Assembly: GCA_951406725.2 (NCBI GenBank)
Contig: OX597816.1
Span: 132,308,001 to 132,372,000, forward strand
Source: Octopus vulgaris
Lineage: Eukaryota
Length of the DNA stretch: 64,000 bases
Direction of reading: 5' to 3'
Shown: piece by piece, positions 27,640 through 39,599 of the stretch
Layout of the letters: each line of letters begins with the position of its first letter
Position numbering within the stretch: the first letter of the stretch is position 1
Made by a program: the position numbers and the translations under genes
The notes under the pieces: generated by a model
Told to the model about the DNA's origin: nothing
Database searches by the model: none
The model's input: only the letters and a program-made list of their open reading frames with translations

Positions 27640-28040
27640 GTGTAGGTATGGCTGTGAGGTAAGAAGTTCACTTCGCATCCACATGATTCTGGGGTCAGTC
27701 CCACTGCATGGCACCTTGGACAAGTGCCCTCTGCTGTAACCTTGTGAGTGGATTTGGTTGATGAAAACTGAAAGAAACTTTTTGTGTGTGTATATATGTG
27801 TGTGTATCTTTTACCATCTCCTTGTCTTGACATCGCATGGTAGTTGTAAATGAGTATCATTGTCAAGCAAGCAGTGTCTTTCATTTCCAGTCTTCCATGG
27901 AAACATGTCTGGTCATAGGGAAATATTACTTTGCATGAAAGAAGTGAGGGTCAGTGGCAAGGAGGGCATCCAACAGTAGAAAATTCACATCAACATATTC
28001 TGTCCATCTTATGCAAGTATGGAAAAACCATAATGATGAC
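27640..28040 (+). mobile_element. Family B SINE with RTE-like 3' tail
   Basis: ATGGCTGTGAGGTAAGAAG...GGGGTCAGTCCCACTGCATGGCACCTTGGACAAGTG...GAGGGCATCCAACAGTAGAAAA...ATGATGACGA. Similar copies at 60232-60600 and 63505-63840. Confidence 0.75.
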
Positions 28041-30374
28041 GAATTACAAATTGTACCATTGTGAATGTTGAGGTAATGCTGGGCTAGCTCTTGTTCAGGA
28101 GTGAAATATTTTCTGACTCTCAAAATGAATATTAACCTCTGAATTGAATGTTACTAATATGAGAAAAGAGAAAAACATTGCTGATCATAAGGCCAAGCAT
28201 TTGTTGGGCAAGTAAATATTTCAGTTATATATATTATTAATGAGTAGTGAACGTGTTCTGTTGTGTATATTTACTTGATATGTGTAGTATTTGTTAACTT
28301 GATACTGGTGAATGATAACAAGAGTTGTGTTTCTCCTTGGAAGACATTTTTTAAATTTCTGTTTTGTGGACGTTATATTTTACATACTTGGTAGGTAGTG
28401 TTCAAGGTTAGTGTGAATGAAACCTACGCACTGAAGGTTTTGGTAGGTGGAGATTCCATCATCTGGTTTGGAATTGGAATGTTTGCATGTGTGGTTAGAG
28501 GTGAAAACAAGCAACTCATCAGTGTAAAGGAAGAAAAATATTTGATCTATTTTACTATAGTCACATATGAAAATAATCTCTCTCTTTCACACACAATCTT
28601 CCTTGTAGCAGAGTAAATGCAGTAACAAGAGCTCAGTTTTTTGTTTAAGTCAGATTCCAGAAGCAGTTATGATGCGACTGAAACTAACTTGGTCATTGTG
28701 ACTTTACATACAGTATGATGAATACAATTTTTATACACATTAAAAAAGAAAGTGGCGTTGTAGTTATTGAACCAAAGTAATTGAGATGTGTTTTAATAAA
28801 TATTTCTTACACTTGTAGAAGACTGCAAACCTAATCATTTAGCATCAATCCAAAGACATGACTGCATAAGAATGAAAGTCAATGTTTTTAACAGCCTGAC
28901 GGTATTTGAACTCCCAGTATAAAGGGACATAACTAAATACTACAAGGCAGTCTAGTGTTGTACTGTCCTTGACACTCAGCCACAATTAGAGAACTGCTCT
29001 TAAATATAACTGCAAATATTTTGTGACTAATTAAATAATTGTTAAATATAATAAATATTGTAATTTTAAAAAGCATTGAACAATTTATATTGTGTTTTAG
29101 GTGTGAAAGAATGCACTTTGCATTGCAGATGTTTCTTTTTGGTCTTCTTTTAATATATGGATAAAATATCCACTTATACCCTTATAGCAACTTCCATTTT
29201 ACACACACACACACACACACTTTTTCTCTCTCCCCCCTTGTCTTTCTTTCTCATGTTTTTCAATTTATTCTCAATTATTTTTTCATGATTTTCTCCTGCT
29301 CTCCACTATTCCTCCTTCTATCTCACATCCCTCCTTCCTTGCCTCTGTTTGTTCAATTCACTCATATCTCTCCCTTCCTACATCTCCAATTCTATTAAAT
29401 CTCTGCTATTTTCTTCCTTTTAAACCACAATAGATTTTAAACTGTTCAATATCTTTTCTCAATTTTCTTATTTTCATTCACAATTTATCTTCATATTGTC
29501 TAACTTGGTTTTTCTATCTTTCATTTTTATCAATCTTATTCCAATATTTTTAATATTTTTTTCTTCTAGTTCAATCTTTCCTAGCTCTCTGCTTCTTTTT
29601 CTTTCTCCCTCTCCCCCCCATTTCTTTTTTGTTTTTTTTTTCCTCCTTAGCTCTGCCTTCAATTACAATTTTCCTCCATATTTCATCCAATAAAAGTAAA
29701 GATGCTGATGATGATATTAATAAGAATTCAGATATTTTCTTTCTTCTTTCATTCATTATTTTTAACATATTCCCTCTACCATTTTACCTCCTTTTCCCCA
29801 TTGCTAAATTCTGAAGCAGATAGATCACTAGTATTACAAGAATGGCAGCCATTTTGTACTGGCTAGATAGATAATAATCAGTTTGATTAATTGCTAGGCT
29901 TTTTTTGACCAGACTGACATGTCCAAAACTCTTTCCTCTATGTAATATTGAAGTAACTTCAAACAGCTGTCTTTGGGCTTGATAGGAGAAGAATTTAAGA
30001 AGAAAATAAATGAATAAAAAATATAAGCAAAAAGAAAACCTTACTAAATATTTAATTTTGTAATGATTTGGTCAGCATTGTGTAATTTTGTTCACTATAA
30101 GATTGCTTTGATGGTGTTTTTCGCAATAGTTAACAAAAAAAAAAAAAAGAAACATTTTAATATTTATGTCATTGAAATTTTTATTTACTACTATTACTAC
30201 CACTACTGCTGCTACTTCTACTATCATCATTATTAGGTACAAGAATTCAAATTCCACCAAGGTCAACTTTGCCTCTCATCTTTTCAGTAGTAGTTTAACA
30301 CTGGGGCCAATGTAATCAACTAGCTCCTCCCTTAAAATTTCAGGCCTTGTGTCTGTAGTAGAAAGAATTATTAT

Positions 30375-30945
30375 TGAGTAAAAGAGAAGCACATTCCATC
30401 AAAGTGACACTGGGATACAAATATACAATGCTCAATAAATCCCTCATGACTACCTGTCTAGTAAGGGTACACCAGGCACATGCATCACAATCATATGTAC
30501 ACAACATGGTGACCTTGCAACATATATGCAACATGGTGACACAGCACTTGACCTTGCAGGTGGGGCCCAGTTAGAATTTTCCTCAGGTTGAGTAGCTCAT
30601 CCCACTCAAAAGGTCCCTGTATAAGAGTTGTTTAATGATGATGAACGAAACATTCATGTTTCCAAACACAAATTATTCAAACACCAAAGAATTCCTCTCA
30701 ACACATAGCTTTGATGCTCCCCCACTTATCTTGCTCGTGATCAGAGATACATATATCGTCAGCCGCCAAGGGACATGCTCAACTGGTTATGGTCAAACAA
30801 CTGACAAGCATATCTGTGATATTGAGTAGAATATTTGTCGTAGCCTATCTTTTACACCGAGGCAAATCATGTACATGTTAACATTTCTAATTAGTTAAGA
30901 TCAGAAGTTATGAGAGCCACTGCTTGGTACTGCATCAGGATGTTT
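30375..30945 (-). mobile_element. Unclassified interspersed repeat of about 570 bp between (ATT)n-like tracts
   Basis: Block of higher GC with CpGs, bounded by ATTATTATT and TTTATTATTTATT. I recall it as an abundant octopus repeat but did not determine its class. Confidence 0.45.
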
Positions 30946-30959
30946 ATTATTTATTCATT

Positions 30960-31185
30960 TAAGGCAAGAAGCTGGCAGAATTGTTTGAGCATTAGTAAAA
31001 AAATTCTTTGTAGTATTTCTTCTTAATTATTATGTTCTGAGTTCATATTCCACCAAGGTTAACTGCCTTTCATCCTTTTACAGGACCGATAAAATAAACA
31101 CCAGTCAAGCATTGGGGTCAATATAATCAACTAAATCCCCTTCTCTATTAAAATTACTGGCATAGTGCCAAAATTTGAAACAATG
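30960..31185 (+). mobile_element. Family A SINE, near full length
   Basis: AAGCTGGCAGAATTG...GTTCTGAGTTCATATTCCACCAAGG...GCCTTTCATCCTTT...GATAAAATAAACACCAG...GTGCCAAAATTTGAAAC. Confidence 0.8.
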
Positions 31186-31333
31186 ATTATATTTATTTAA
31201 TTTTTGTTTTTTATTTACATATACTGGCATGCTTGCATGTATCAGATAGTTATTTCTTAGAGCAGTTGCTTTTATTGTGAAGTAGGAGAAGAACTTCATT
31301 TATCAGATAGGCAAACTTGGAACAGTTGAATTA

Positions 31334-31495
31334 CTGTATTTTAACGTGTATAAGGAACCTCTTAGTTTTGGGGGCTTAAAATTTGGAAAAAAGGTTTTGT
31401 AAGAGATTATAATACTATCCATGTATAAGAAACTCCCATATATTTTTAGCCTAATTTTTGACAAAAATGGGTTCCTTATACATGTTAAAATATGG
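31334..31495. mobile_element. Tc2/pogo-like MITE (162 bp) with TA target duplication
   Basis: TA|CTGTATTTTAACGTGTATAAGGAACC ... GGTTCCTTATACATGTTAAAATATGG|TA: 26-bp TIR with 3 mismatches, all CpG-decay type. Confidence 0.88.
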
Positions 31496-31635
31496 TATGT
31501 GCCTTGTCAGGATCACATTATCACTGTTGTAAAGCTAGAACTAATGTCCATCTAGTCAGTTGTCCAGGAAGTTAATATTAGAATTATCTTTCTTTCTTTC
31601 TTTTTTTGAGAACAGAGAAATAGTGGAGAGAATTT

Positions 31636-31693
31636 ATGAGCTGGATGTATTATTGGAGAGTCTAATGAGCTGAATGTATTATTGGAGAGTCTA
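31636..31693. repeat. Two-copy 29-bp tandem duplication
   Basis: ATGAGCTG(G/A)ATGTATTATTGGAGAGTCTA twice. Confidence 0.9.
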
Positions 31694-33019
31694 GTTTAGT
31701 GTCTGAGATATGTTAATTTGTGGTGTCTACTTTTTATCCTTCTGTTATCTTTCCAATAAAGGTTAGTTAGGACATAAATTCTTTTACTAAAGAACACCAC
31801 TAACCATTTTAATGTAATAAAAATTGATTGCTTGAATTAGTTCTGGATCACAAATTGAAAATGGGATGAAGGTGGGATTTAAATGATTTAATTAATCTCA
31901 TTGCCTGATTAGTGTGTGACCAACCACATCAGGGTCGTGTCAGTAAGGGATTCTCTGTTTAATAGAAATAGCAACCAAAAATCTCCTTCAAATTACATCC
32001 TACCATCTTTACTAAAAAAAGGGCACTTTAGATAATATAGATGTGTGTACCTTTAAAAATGATTATGGATGGAATACCTTTGATCAAAGATCCATTTCAT
32101 CAGGACTGACCTTAAAATAAACAACCACCCTGGAATGGTTGAAGAAGAAAAAAAGTTCATTACAGGAAAATTTTATTGCTTCTGCAACCATCACAGAGGG
32201 TTTTAATGTGTTAATCTTAAATGGTGTGTTGTTGATCCCTAGGTCAATCCTGATGGAGCAGACATATGATCATAAGCATTCCAACCATGACACTTCTGTC
32301 TGTTTTCTTTTTTAAAAAATGATGTGATTTAAAGGAGATTTGTCTATTATGTGTAGGCAGGTTGAGTGATAATACTGAGTTTCTGTCATTGACTTGTGCT
32401 CTCTTTCTGGAATGGTTTATAGAAGTCAAAATAAATGAAGTTATTTCTGCAGGATTTGTGTTTTGAAAATCATAAGAATGTTACCAAGTCGAACAGAGAT
32501 GAATATTCAGTCAATTCAATAACTTGCTCGATTTCTCTTTAACCATTCAGTTACCAACCAGCATGGGACTGCCTACAAGCTTCCTGTTTTAAAGTGACTT
32601 ATATTAAACATTCTACCAAATGTGTCATGTTAATTTTTGTTCCAAACGCCAGTTTAACAGTAATGAAGTTATTTTACTAAATCCTTCATTATTTTCAAAA
32701 TTTATTGAAGTAAAGGCAACATATTCTGGCAAATGTGGTTTAAAAAAAATGTGGAGATGAAGAGATAATTATATATTGACCAGTAGCTGTTGACATGGTA
32801 TTGGTATGACACAAGATTGGTTTGATTAAAATCAATGAACCAGTTATAAACTATGCAATAAATGCAATTTGTTAACTCCATCATTTGATAGTCTTTTAGT
32901 GTGTGTGTGTGTGTGTATGTATTTACAGAAAATAAAGTAAATTTCAAATGCAGTATAGCTGTAAAAACAGCAGAAAGATTGAGTATTTTACCCTTATAAG
33001 ACAGAAAAGACTATCAGCA

Positions 33020-33089
33020 GATAGCTACAGGACTTGAACTTGTATCCCTCAGGTACTGGTTGAGTACTCTACCATTAAGCTAAATGGCC
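33020..33089 (-). pseudogene. tRNA-like relic (Thr-AGT-like) or tRNA-derived repeat head
   Basis: Minus: GGCCATTTAGCTTAATGGTAGAGTACTCAACCAGTACCTGAGGGATACAAGTTCAAGTCCTGTAGCTATC. It has an A box, an anticodon arm CTCAa-CCAGTAC-cTGAG and a B box GTTCAAGTCC, but the acceptor stem does not pair. Confidence 0.55.
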
Positions 33090-34458
33090 TATTGACATCA
33101 ATCACCATCAAATTAAACGCGAAGTAATAATAGTTTGTGGAATATATATATATGAATACTGCAGTATATATGCCGTTTAGTGATAGATACATGTGTAGTA
33201 AATGTGTACATACTTTGTGTGTATAACAAATGCCATGTATGAATTTTTACATTTGTGTATATGTACTTGTCCCAAATGTTATGCTGTATGACCAGACCTA
33301 GAGCCATCATGATGCAACTCATATAGAGAGAAATTATTTAGTGTATGTTTCATGGGAAGAAAGGAGTAAATGATAGAGGAAGGATTGAGAATCGTGGTTG
33401 TAGCGGATTCCTCATTGGCTAGAAACATATTTGTTGTTTGGTTTCAGGTCTCTTCTGATTTAATAAATTTTTGATGAAGGCCTTCATGACCATCTTTCTT
33501 TATGTATATTAGGGATTATGGAACTGGGTTGTCTTATTCTGTATTACTCTTTCCTTAACAGTCTACTAATTTCTTTTTCTCTCTCCCTCCTTTTGTACTC
33601 TATTTTGCTTATTTCTTTTATATTCTGTCGGTCTCCTTTGTGTGTGTAAATATATGTACATATAAGTTTGTGTATGTATATAAATATAGCTGTGTTTATG
33701 TATATAGTTGTGTATGTGTGTAAAAAAGAACAAAAGACTATGTACTATCTAGGTAGGTACATTTGAAAAGCAGTTGAATATGGACATTATTGAGAGATAC
33801 TGAGAGAGAGATATATAGTATGAGTATCATGTCAGAAAGAGTGATAGAAAGAAGACCAAAAAAAAAAAAAACAATGATCAATCAGTGCAGACAAGCATGT
33901 GTGTGCACACAACATACACACACTTGCAAACAAACACACAAATACATGCACTCCATATGGCTTCTAAGGTGTAAAAATAACTCAGACAGACAGGAAAATT
34001 ATTTTAATAATAATATAGATATGTAAAAACAGTTCTATTTTACTATGTGAACCAGCGTATGTTCTTGTACATTTGCTTATGTACATTCTCACCAAACTAC
34101 TTTGGCAAGTATACATTGTTGATGAGGTTGTAATAAGGTAGAACATGTCCAAATTTTCTGTTGTGCTTGCTGAAATAATTGAAATTATAACTAAATTTGA
34201 ATTAATTACTGATTTTTCTAACATAGCTAAAATAGTCTGCTATTGTTTTTCTCCTCATTGAATAATTATTTTGAATTTGCATTAAATATATCTATGGTGG
34301 TTTAACTGAATTATTCCTTCTGTACAAATATAGACTCATGGCTGATAGTTTTGTTTAGGACATTGTTTCATATATGAAGATATTAAAATTTTAAAAATCA
34401 ATTGATACATTTCTTCTTTGATTTGCTACATTTTTTTTCCATTTTTGTCTGTCTTTAG

Positions 34459-34600
34459 GGATTCTTCCGGCGCTGTATAACACAAGGGATGTCCCACAAA
34501 TGTGCTAATGAAGAGAAATGTGAGATCACTCCATTCACAAGAAATAGCTGTCAGTATTGTCGCCTTAAGAAATGTTTTGCAGTTGGAATGTCAAGAGAAG
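34459..34600 (+). CDS. Nuclear receptor (NR1 subfamily) exon encoding the recognition helix end, second zinc finger and start of the CTE
   Basis: Acceptor tttgtctgtctttAG (34457-58). Phase 0 start continues from 18959: GFFRRCITQGMSHKCANEEKCEITPFTRNSCQYCRLKKCFAVGMSRE. Donor AG|GTATGT at 34601 is phase 1, the conserved position after GMSRD/E. Confidence 0.96.
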
Positions 34601-37600
34601 GTATGTTTACCATAAACCATTGCCTAAAATTTTCTTTCTTTCAGTGCATATCTGCGTGTGGCAGTAGAGAGTGCAAGAGCGAGAGAAAGTTATTATAAAT
34701 GCAATCCATCAAGAAGTGAAGTGACGTTGCTGTGAAGACTTAAACTGACAAAATTGTTTTAACAGGAGTTTTGAGGAGGATAAAGATATGCTAGAATAAA
34801 GCCAGTTTTTCAAATGGATCACGTTATTAATAAATCTTTTTGTAGCTCGAGGCAATCTGAATGTTTAAAATAATATGTGACACACACCTTGATTTCATAT
34901 AAACATCTGATTGTCATGAGGTTGTAAATTTACATATATTGTCATTATCTTTTAGTAGATTATTTCTATTCTAACATCACTTGTTAAGTACTTATACAGT
35001 CTGAAACATTCTGCTTTCCGGATTGCAAAGTTCTGCACATATCTCTAGTCTATTGATTTCAGTGTAACCTCATCATTCAATTGAAGTTGTTTGCTATAAC
35101 CATTATTGTCTTGGATATAATACATACTGTCCTGACATTTAAGACATAGGATATCATTGCCATTTTAAGATAGCAAGTTTGTTCAAGGAAATTTGGCTGT
35201 AGAAGCTTGTATTTTAGCTTAGTTTCATACACTTTAGTGTTTACATAGTGATGTGTTTTATCAATTATTTTCTATTTGATTGTCTCTACAGATTCATATT
35301 GTTTGCCATGAAGTTCTGTTGTTTCTATGAATTAACTGGGTTATCTTAAAATTGTCTGCCTACAAAACCTAAAGATAGCTACCTTACACTTAAATATAGA
35401 TTGATAAAAGGAAAATTTTGATATTTCCAGTAAATTACTTTGTGAATAGTTGTTAATATAACTTACTTGAAAACCATCTTGGTAATATTTTAGCTTCTAT
35501 TATGAAAACTTAGAGATTCCCCAAAATTTAATTAGTTTAAACTGAATTGTGTATTTTATAAGTTTTAGTGAGTTGTTTCATTGTTTTTCAATCATTTAAA
35601 GCATCAAAGGACTGGAAATTATTGCATTATAGTCTCTGAAATATAGATAAGATGTTTTAGGATATTTAATCGTTGTTATAAAATGCTCAGACCATTTCAG
35701 ATTTCATGCTTGGAACAATTTTGTAGTTTTGATGTTAGTGAAAACAAATACCAATTAGAGTCTTTAATATGGGTAAATATAGGCTGAAATGTTAGGCCTG
35801 CCATCTTGCAAGTGTTCCTGATTGGGAAGCATTCTTGTTGTTTATTTGTTAATGATGTTTATATCATTTTTGATTTTCTTACCTAGAACTTTACAGTTTA
35901 TGAATGTAGTTTATAACTGGGGTTTCACAACAACATGTTAGAAAATGTTTTAATTCTTTTAACCTGTTGATTTGCCAAACACTCATCTCAGGTGTTTAAA
36001 ATCTGATTGATAAACATCTATAAACTTAGCATAAGCTTAGAGATTTAATGGCAACATTATAATCTTTGCCATTTCAATAGATTCGCTATAATCCTAATAG
36101 TAATTTTAAATAGTTTCAAATCCAAAAGCTTTCTCATATTTTTATGGTTCCATTCACGTTTATGGTAATGTTAAATAAGTTATGTAGTTATCATTTATTA
36201 CTTTAAGTGAACATTAACCTTCATATCTTTTCAGACATCATATTTAGGTTACTTTGCATCTGTAAAATCTGTCCCCTAAAATATATCTGGTATAATGCAA
36301 TATTAAAAATATTACTTGTAACATGTGGATCAATACCTAATTTCAGTTGTTTAGCCCAAAATCAAACCTGATCAAGCATTTATTTCTTCATTTATTTATT
36401 ATTCTGTTTGAAAAATTAGGTTTCTATTCCAAGTGAGTCAGGTAAAGAAATACTCATTGGTTTACATCTATGTATGTCTTTAATTTAATTCTATCATTAA
36501 ATTTTCTTTCCCCCATGGCAATTTGCAAATTGTAACCACTTTATTTGCATATTGTACTTAACTATTGTGTTTGGTTGTACATCAACCAACTGGAATGTTT
36601 TAAATGCAAGCCATTCTGATACTTAACTGTTCAATAGCTTCTTAATGAAAGCCAAAACCTTTTATATGAAATAACAGTAGAATTCATGAATAAATGTTTA
36701 TAGATTAGTAAATGTATGTGTTTGTATGCATCAAAATGTAAAAGGTATTGACTTCATTCTTCATAAATTAATAGCTACTTCTGTTGAGTTGTTCCTTTCT
36801 TGTTCATATTAGTACTAGATTCTGTTTTCTGACTTTAAAAGCCTCTGTAAATTCGTTTACTTCATTGTTCATTGCTACACAGTTGAACCTGAGACAGGTT
36901 TTAAGAGGAACATCTCGGACCTGTTTTGTAAGGAGTCAAAGATTGTTTCTTGACACTTGATAAATATTGATACATGAAATAAACTGCCGTCTCACCATCC
37001 AAACATGAGTGGTGTGGTTTGAAAACTCTACCATGAACTCTTATGTTTTTACAACGCAGATGCATAGTTCTTCAGTATGTACCAACTGTTAAGTAAACCT
37101 TACAGGTATGTACATAGAGGAGTGGAGCAGGACACTCATTAGAAACATTTCAAACTTGCCTTTATCACATTAATTACTTTGATTCTCCTCCTCCAACCGT
37201 TTCTGTTTTTCCCCTTTTTTTTTGTTTCTTTATAAAATTCAAAGGATAGAAATAATTGAATATATTAATGGTGCTTTCACCTTTGGTAAGATTTGCATTC
37301 AGAACCAGGAGTGGTTTGGATACACCACATTATATATCTTGTTCAACTATCACTTAAAAGATTACTAGTTTGTATTACATCATATATAAATATACATATA
37401 CATCTGCAATAGAACAGGTGTAATTTATATTAACATAATGATGAATGCAATATATATATTTCTAATTAATGGACATGTACAAACTTTGAGATAATTTGTT
37501 CCAAGTTGTGGTGTAATGCTTATAGTGATGTGAACAGAATACTGTGGATTTCCAAAATTAGGCAGAATAATCCATAAATTGTGGAGCCCTTTCACAAAGT

Positions 37601-37889
37601 TATAATGTTATATTTGACTCAAGTTTACTTTTAAAGAAATAAAGTTTGGTGATGAGTAAAAGAACAGTAAGTTTGAAAGTAGCCATTCTGATAGCTCAGT
37701 GTGATACAGGAAGAAAGGTACATCAAAAATATCTCAAGTACTTTGCTTTGATTGAGTTTAGGTTGGAATATACAAGTTGAAAGCAGTAGAAATATGAAAA
37801 GAGTTTCTGGAGATAAGAGATTGTTTTAAAAAAAAAAAACAATCTTCCTACCAGACTGGCTAACTTTATCATGTCTAATTAACTTAAAA

Positions 37890-38103
37890 CCCTTTAGCAT
37901 TCAAATTATTGTTAAATGTAATGCTTATTTATTCATATTGCTTTGAATTAATCATGAATTATCCCATGGTTTTGAAATCCCAATGGCATGATTGTTTATT
38001 TTTAGAATGACAGTGACGGGCAGGTGTGAGAGGTTGGACCTGACCAGTTTGAACAAAAAACAGAATATTTGGGTTGGATATAGCCAGTTTGAATGCTAAA
38101 GGG
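37890..38103 (+). mobile_element. piggyBac-like MITE (about 215 bp), intact
   Basis: Perfect TIRs CCCTTTAGCATTCAAA / TTTGAATGCTAAAGGG with CCC...GGG ends and TTAA-like flanks (TTAAAA / TTTAA). Confidence 0.85.
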
Positions 38104-39599
38104 TTTAAGAAACTGCCTAGAGACCTTTTAGGTATGCTAATTAATACTTTAGCATATTCATTTGGTCATAAAATTTTTTTTTAAATTTATCTTACAAAAT
38201 TAAATTTGTATATATTTTTTTTAAATGTTTAACAATCAGCATTCTTTTGCTTTCACTTTTCACTTATTGATGACTAATATACTGAGGTGGATTAAATAGA
38301 AAGGCGACAATTGATTTTATTTGAACATTATTTATCAAATATAAGGGGGAAAATGGATTTATTTTTTTAAGATTTTCACAAAATATTTATGGAACATATG
38401 TGCTTCTTGTTTTGCTATCAAGATACTTTCAAATAACCTGTAAATGCTCTGTCAAAAGGTTGCAGTGAATCTCAAGAGAGTAAGACCAGTGTGCATCAAT
38501 TGCTTATTTTTGTTATGGCTCCTGTGAAATCCTCGAGTTTATATTTCATAATAACAATAGTAATAATGATGATGATGATGATAAATTCAAGTAACAAAAT
38601 AAGACACAACAGGTTTTGAATGCACCTGACATGATTAACGTTGCATACTGGGTAGAATGAAGTATGAACATTTTTTAAACTTTATTCATTGACTACTTCT
38701 TAACTACACTATCTTAATTTCCCTGTCATTTTGACAAGTTATTGCTAAGTTTATACTAATTATAGTTTTTAAAATAAATTATGGAACTTGCCCCTGTCTC
38801 TATCAGCGATTTGTGTAGGCATATAATTTTGTATGTTTCAATAATTACAAATGTGGGCTGAGCGACCCACTTTGCCCAAGGGAAATAATTGTGTATAACA
38901 TTAACTGATGGAAGGGGAATAACTACGAACTTCTTAAACTAGGCTTTTCGTTAATGGGATTATTTTCTTTTTATTATTTGTCGATTTATTTATTCCCCGT
39001 GTAATTGCATCATTAAATATTCAGTAGTCTTGTTTCAATGTTATCGCTGTAATTTCAGCTATAAAACAAATTTTTGCTTAGAGGAGTGTGGCCATTTCTT
39101 CAGCTTAGAACAGAAATAAGTGAATTACTTTGTATTTGTTTTGATAATCATTTTTCTAAAATAGAATTGGCATTTCATACAATGAACATTGCAATGCCTG
39201 TGAAGATAGGATTATTAACTGAAACTTTATAACAGGCATGGTACTGTGCCAGTTCCAAATCACGGCACATTACTCCACTTGCTTCACTTAATGACGCTAT
39301 CACTTTTCACATTTGGAATAGTTTGTGGTGGAAAGATGATCCACTGCTTGTTCCAATAACAACAATTATTTTCTGACAGTAATAAGTTGGTAGAAATATT
39401 AGAATGCCAGGCTATAATTCCTTAAAATAAAGCCTGACAAGATTGTTGTCATTTCCCTCTCTCTCACTCTCCCTCTTAATTCCTGTACGGCTCAGATTAT
39501 TTACCAGTAATATATTGAGGTCATTTAGCTGTTCTTGTTCCCTGTAAAATTTTGCCTTTTGTAATATCAAAAATAAAAAAGAAAGAAAGAAAGAAGAGC

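Noticed and set aside
33020-33089. Functional tRNA gene
   Set aside because: The acceptor stem does not pair and the anticodon and T stems have mismatches; kept only as a relic.
34601-34644. 44-nt micro-intron between the DBD donor and the acceptor at 34644
   Set aside because: Probably too short for this genome type, and it would give a stop after 7 codons.
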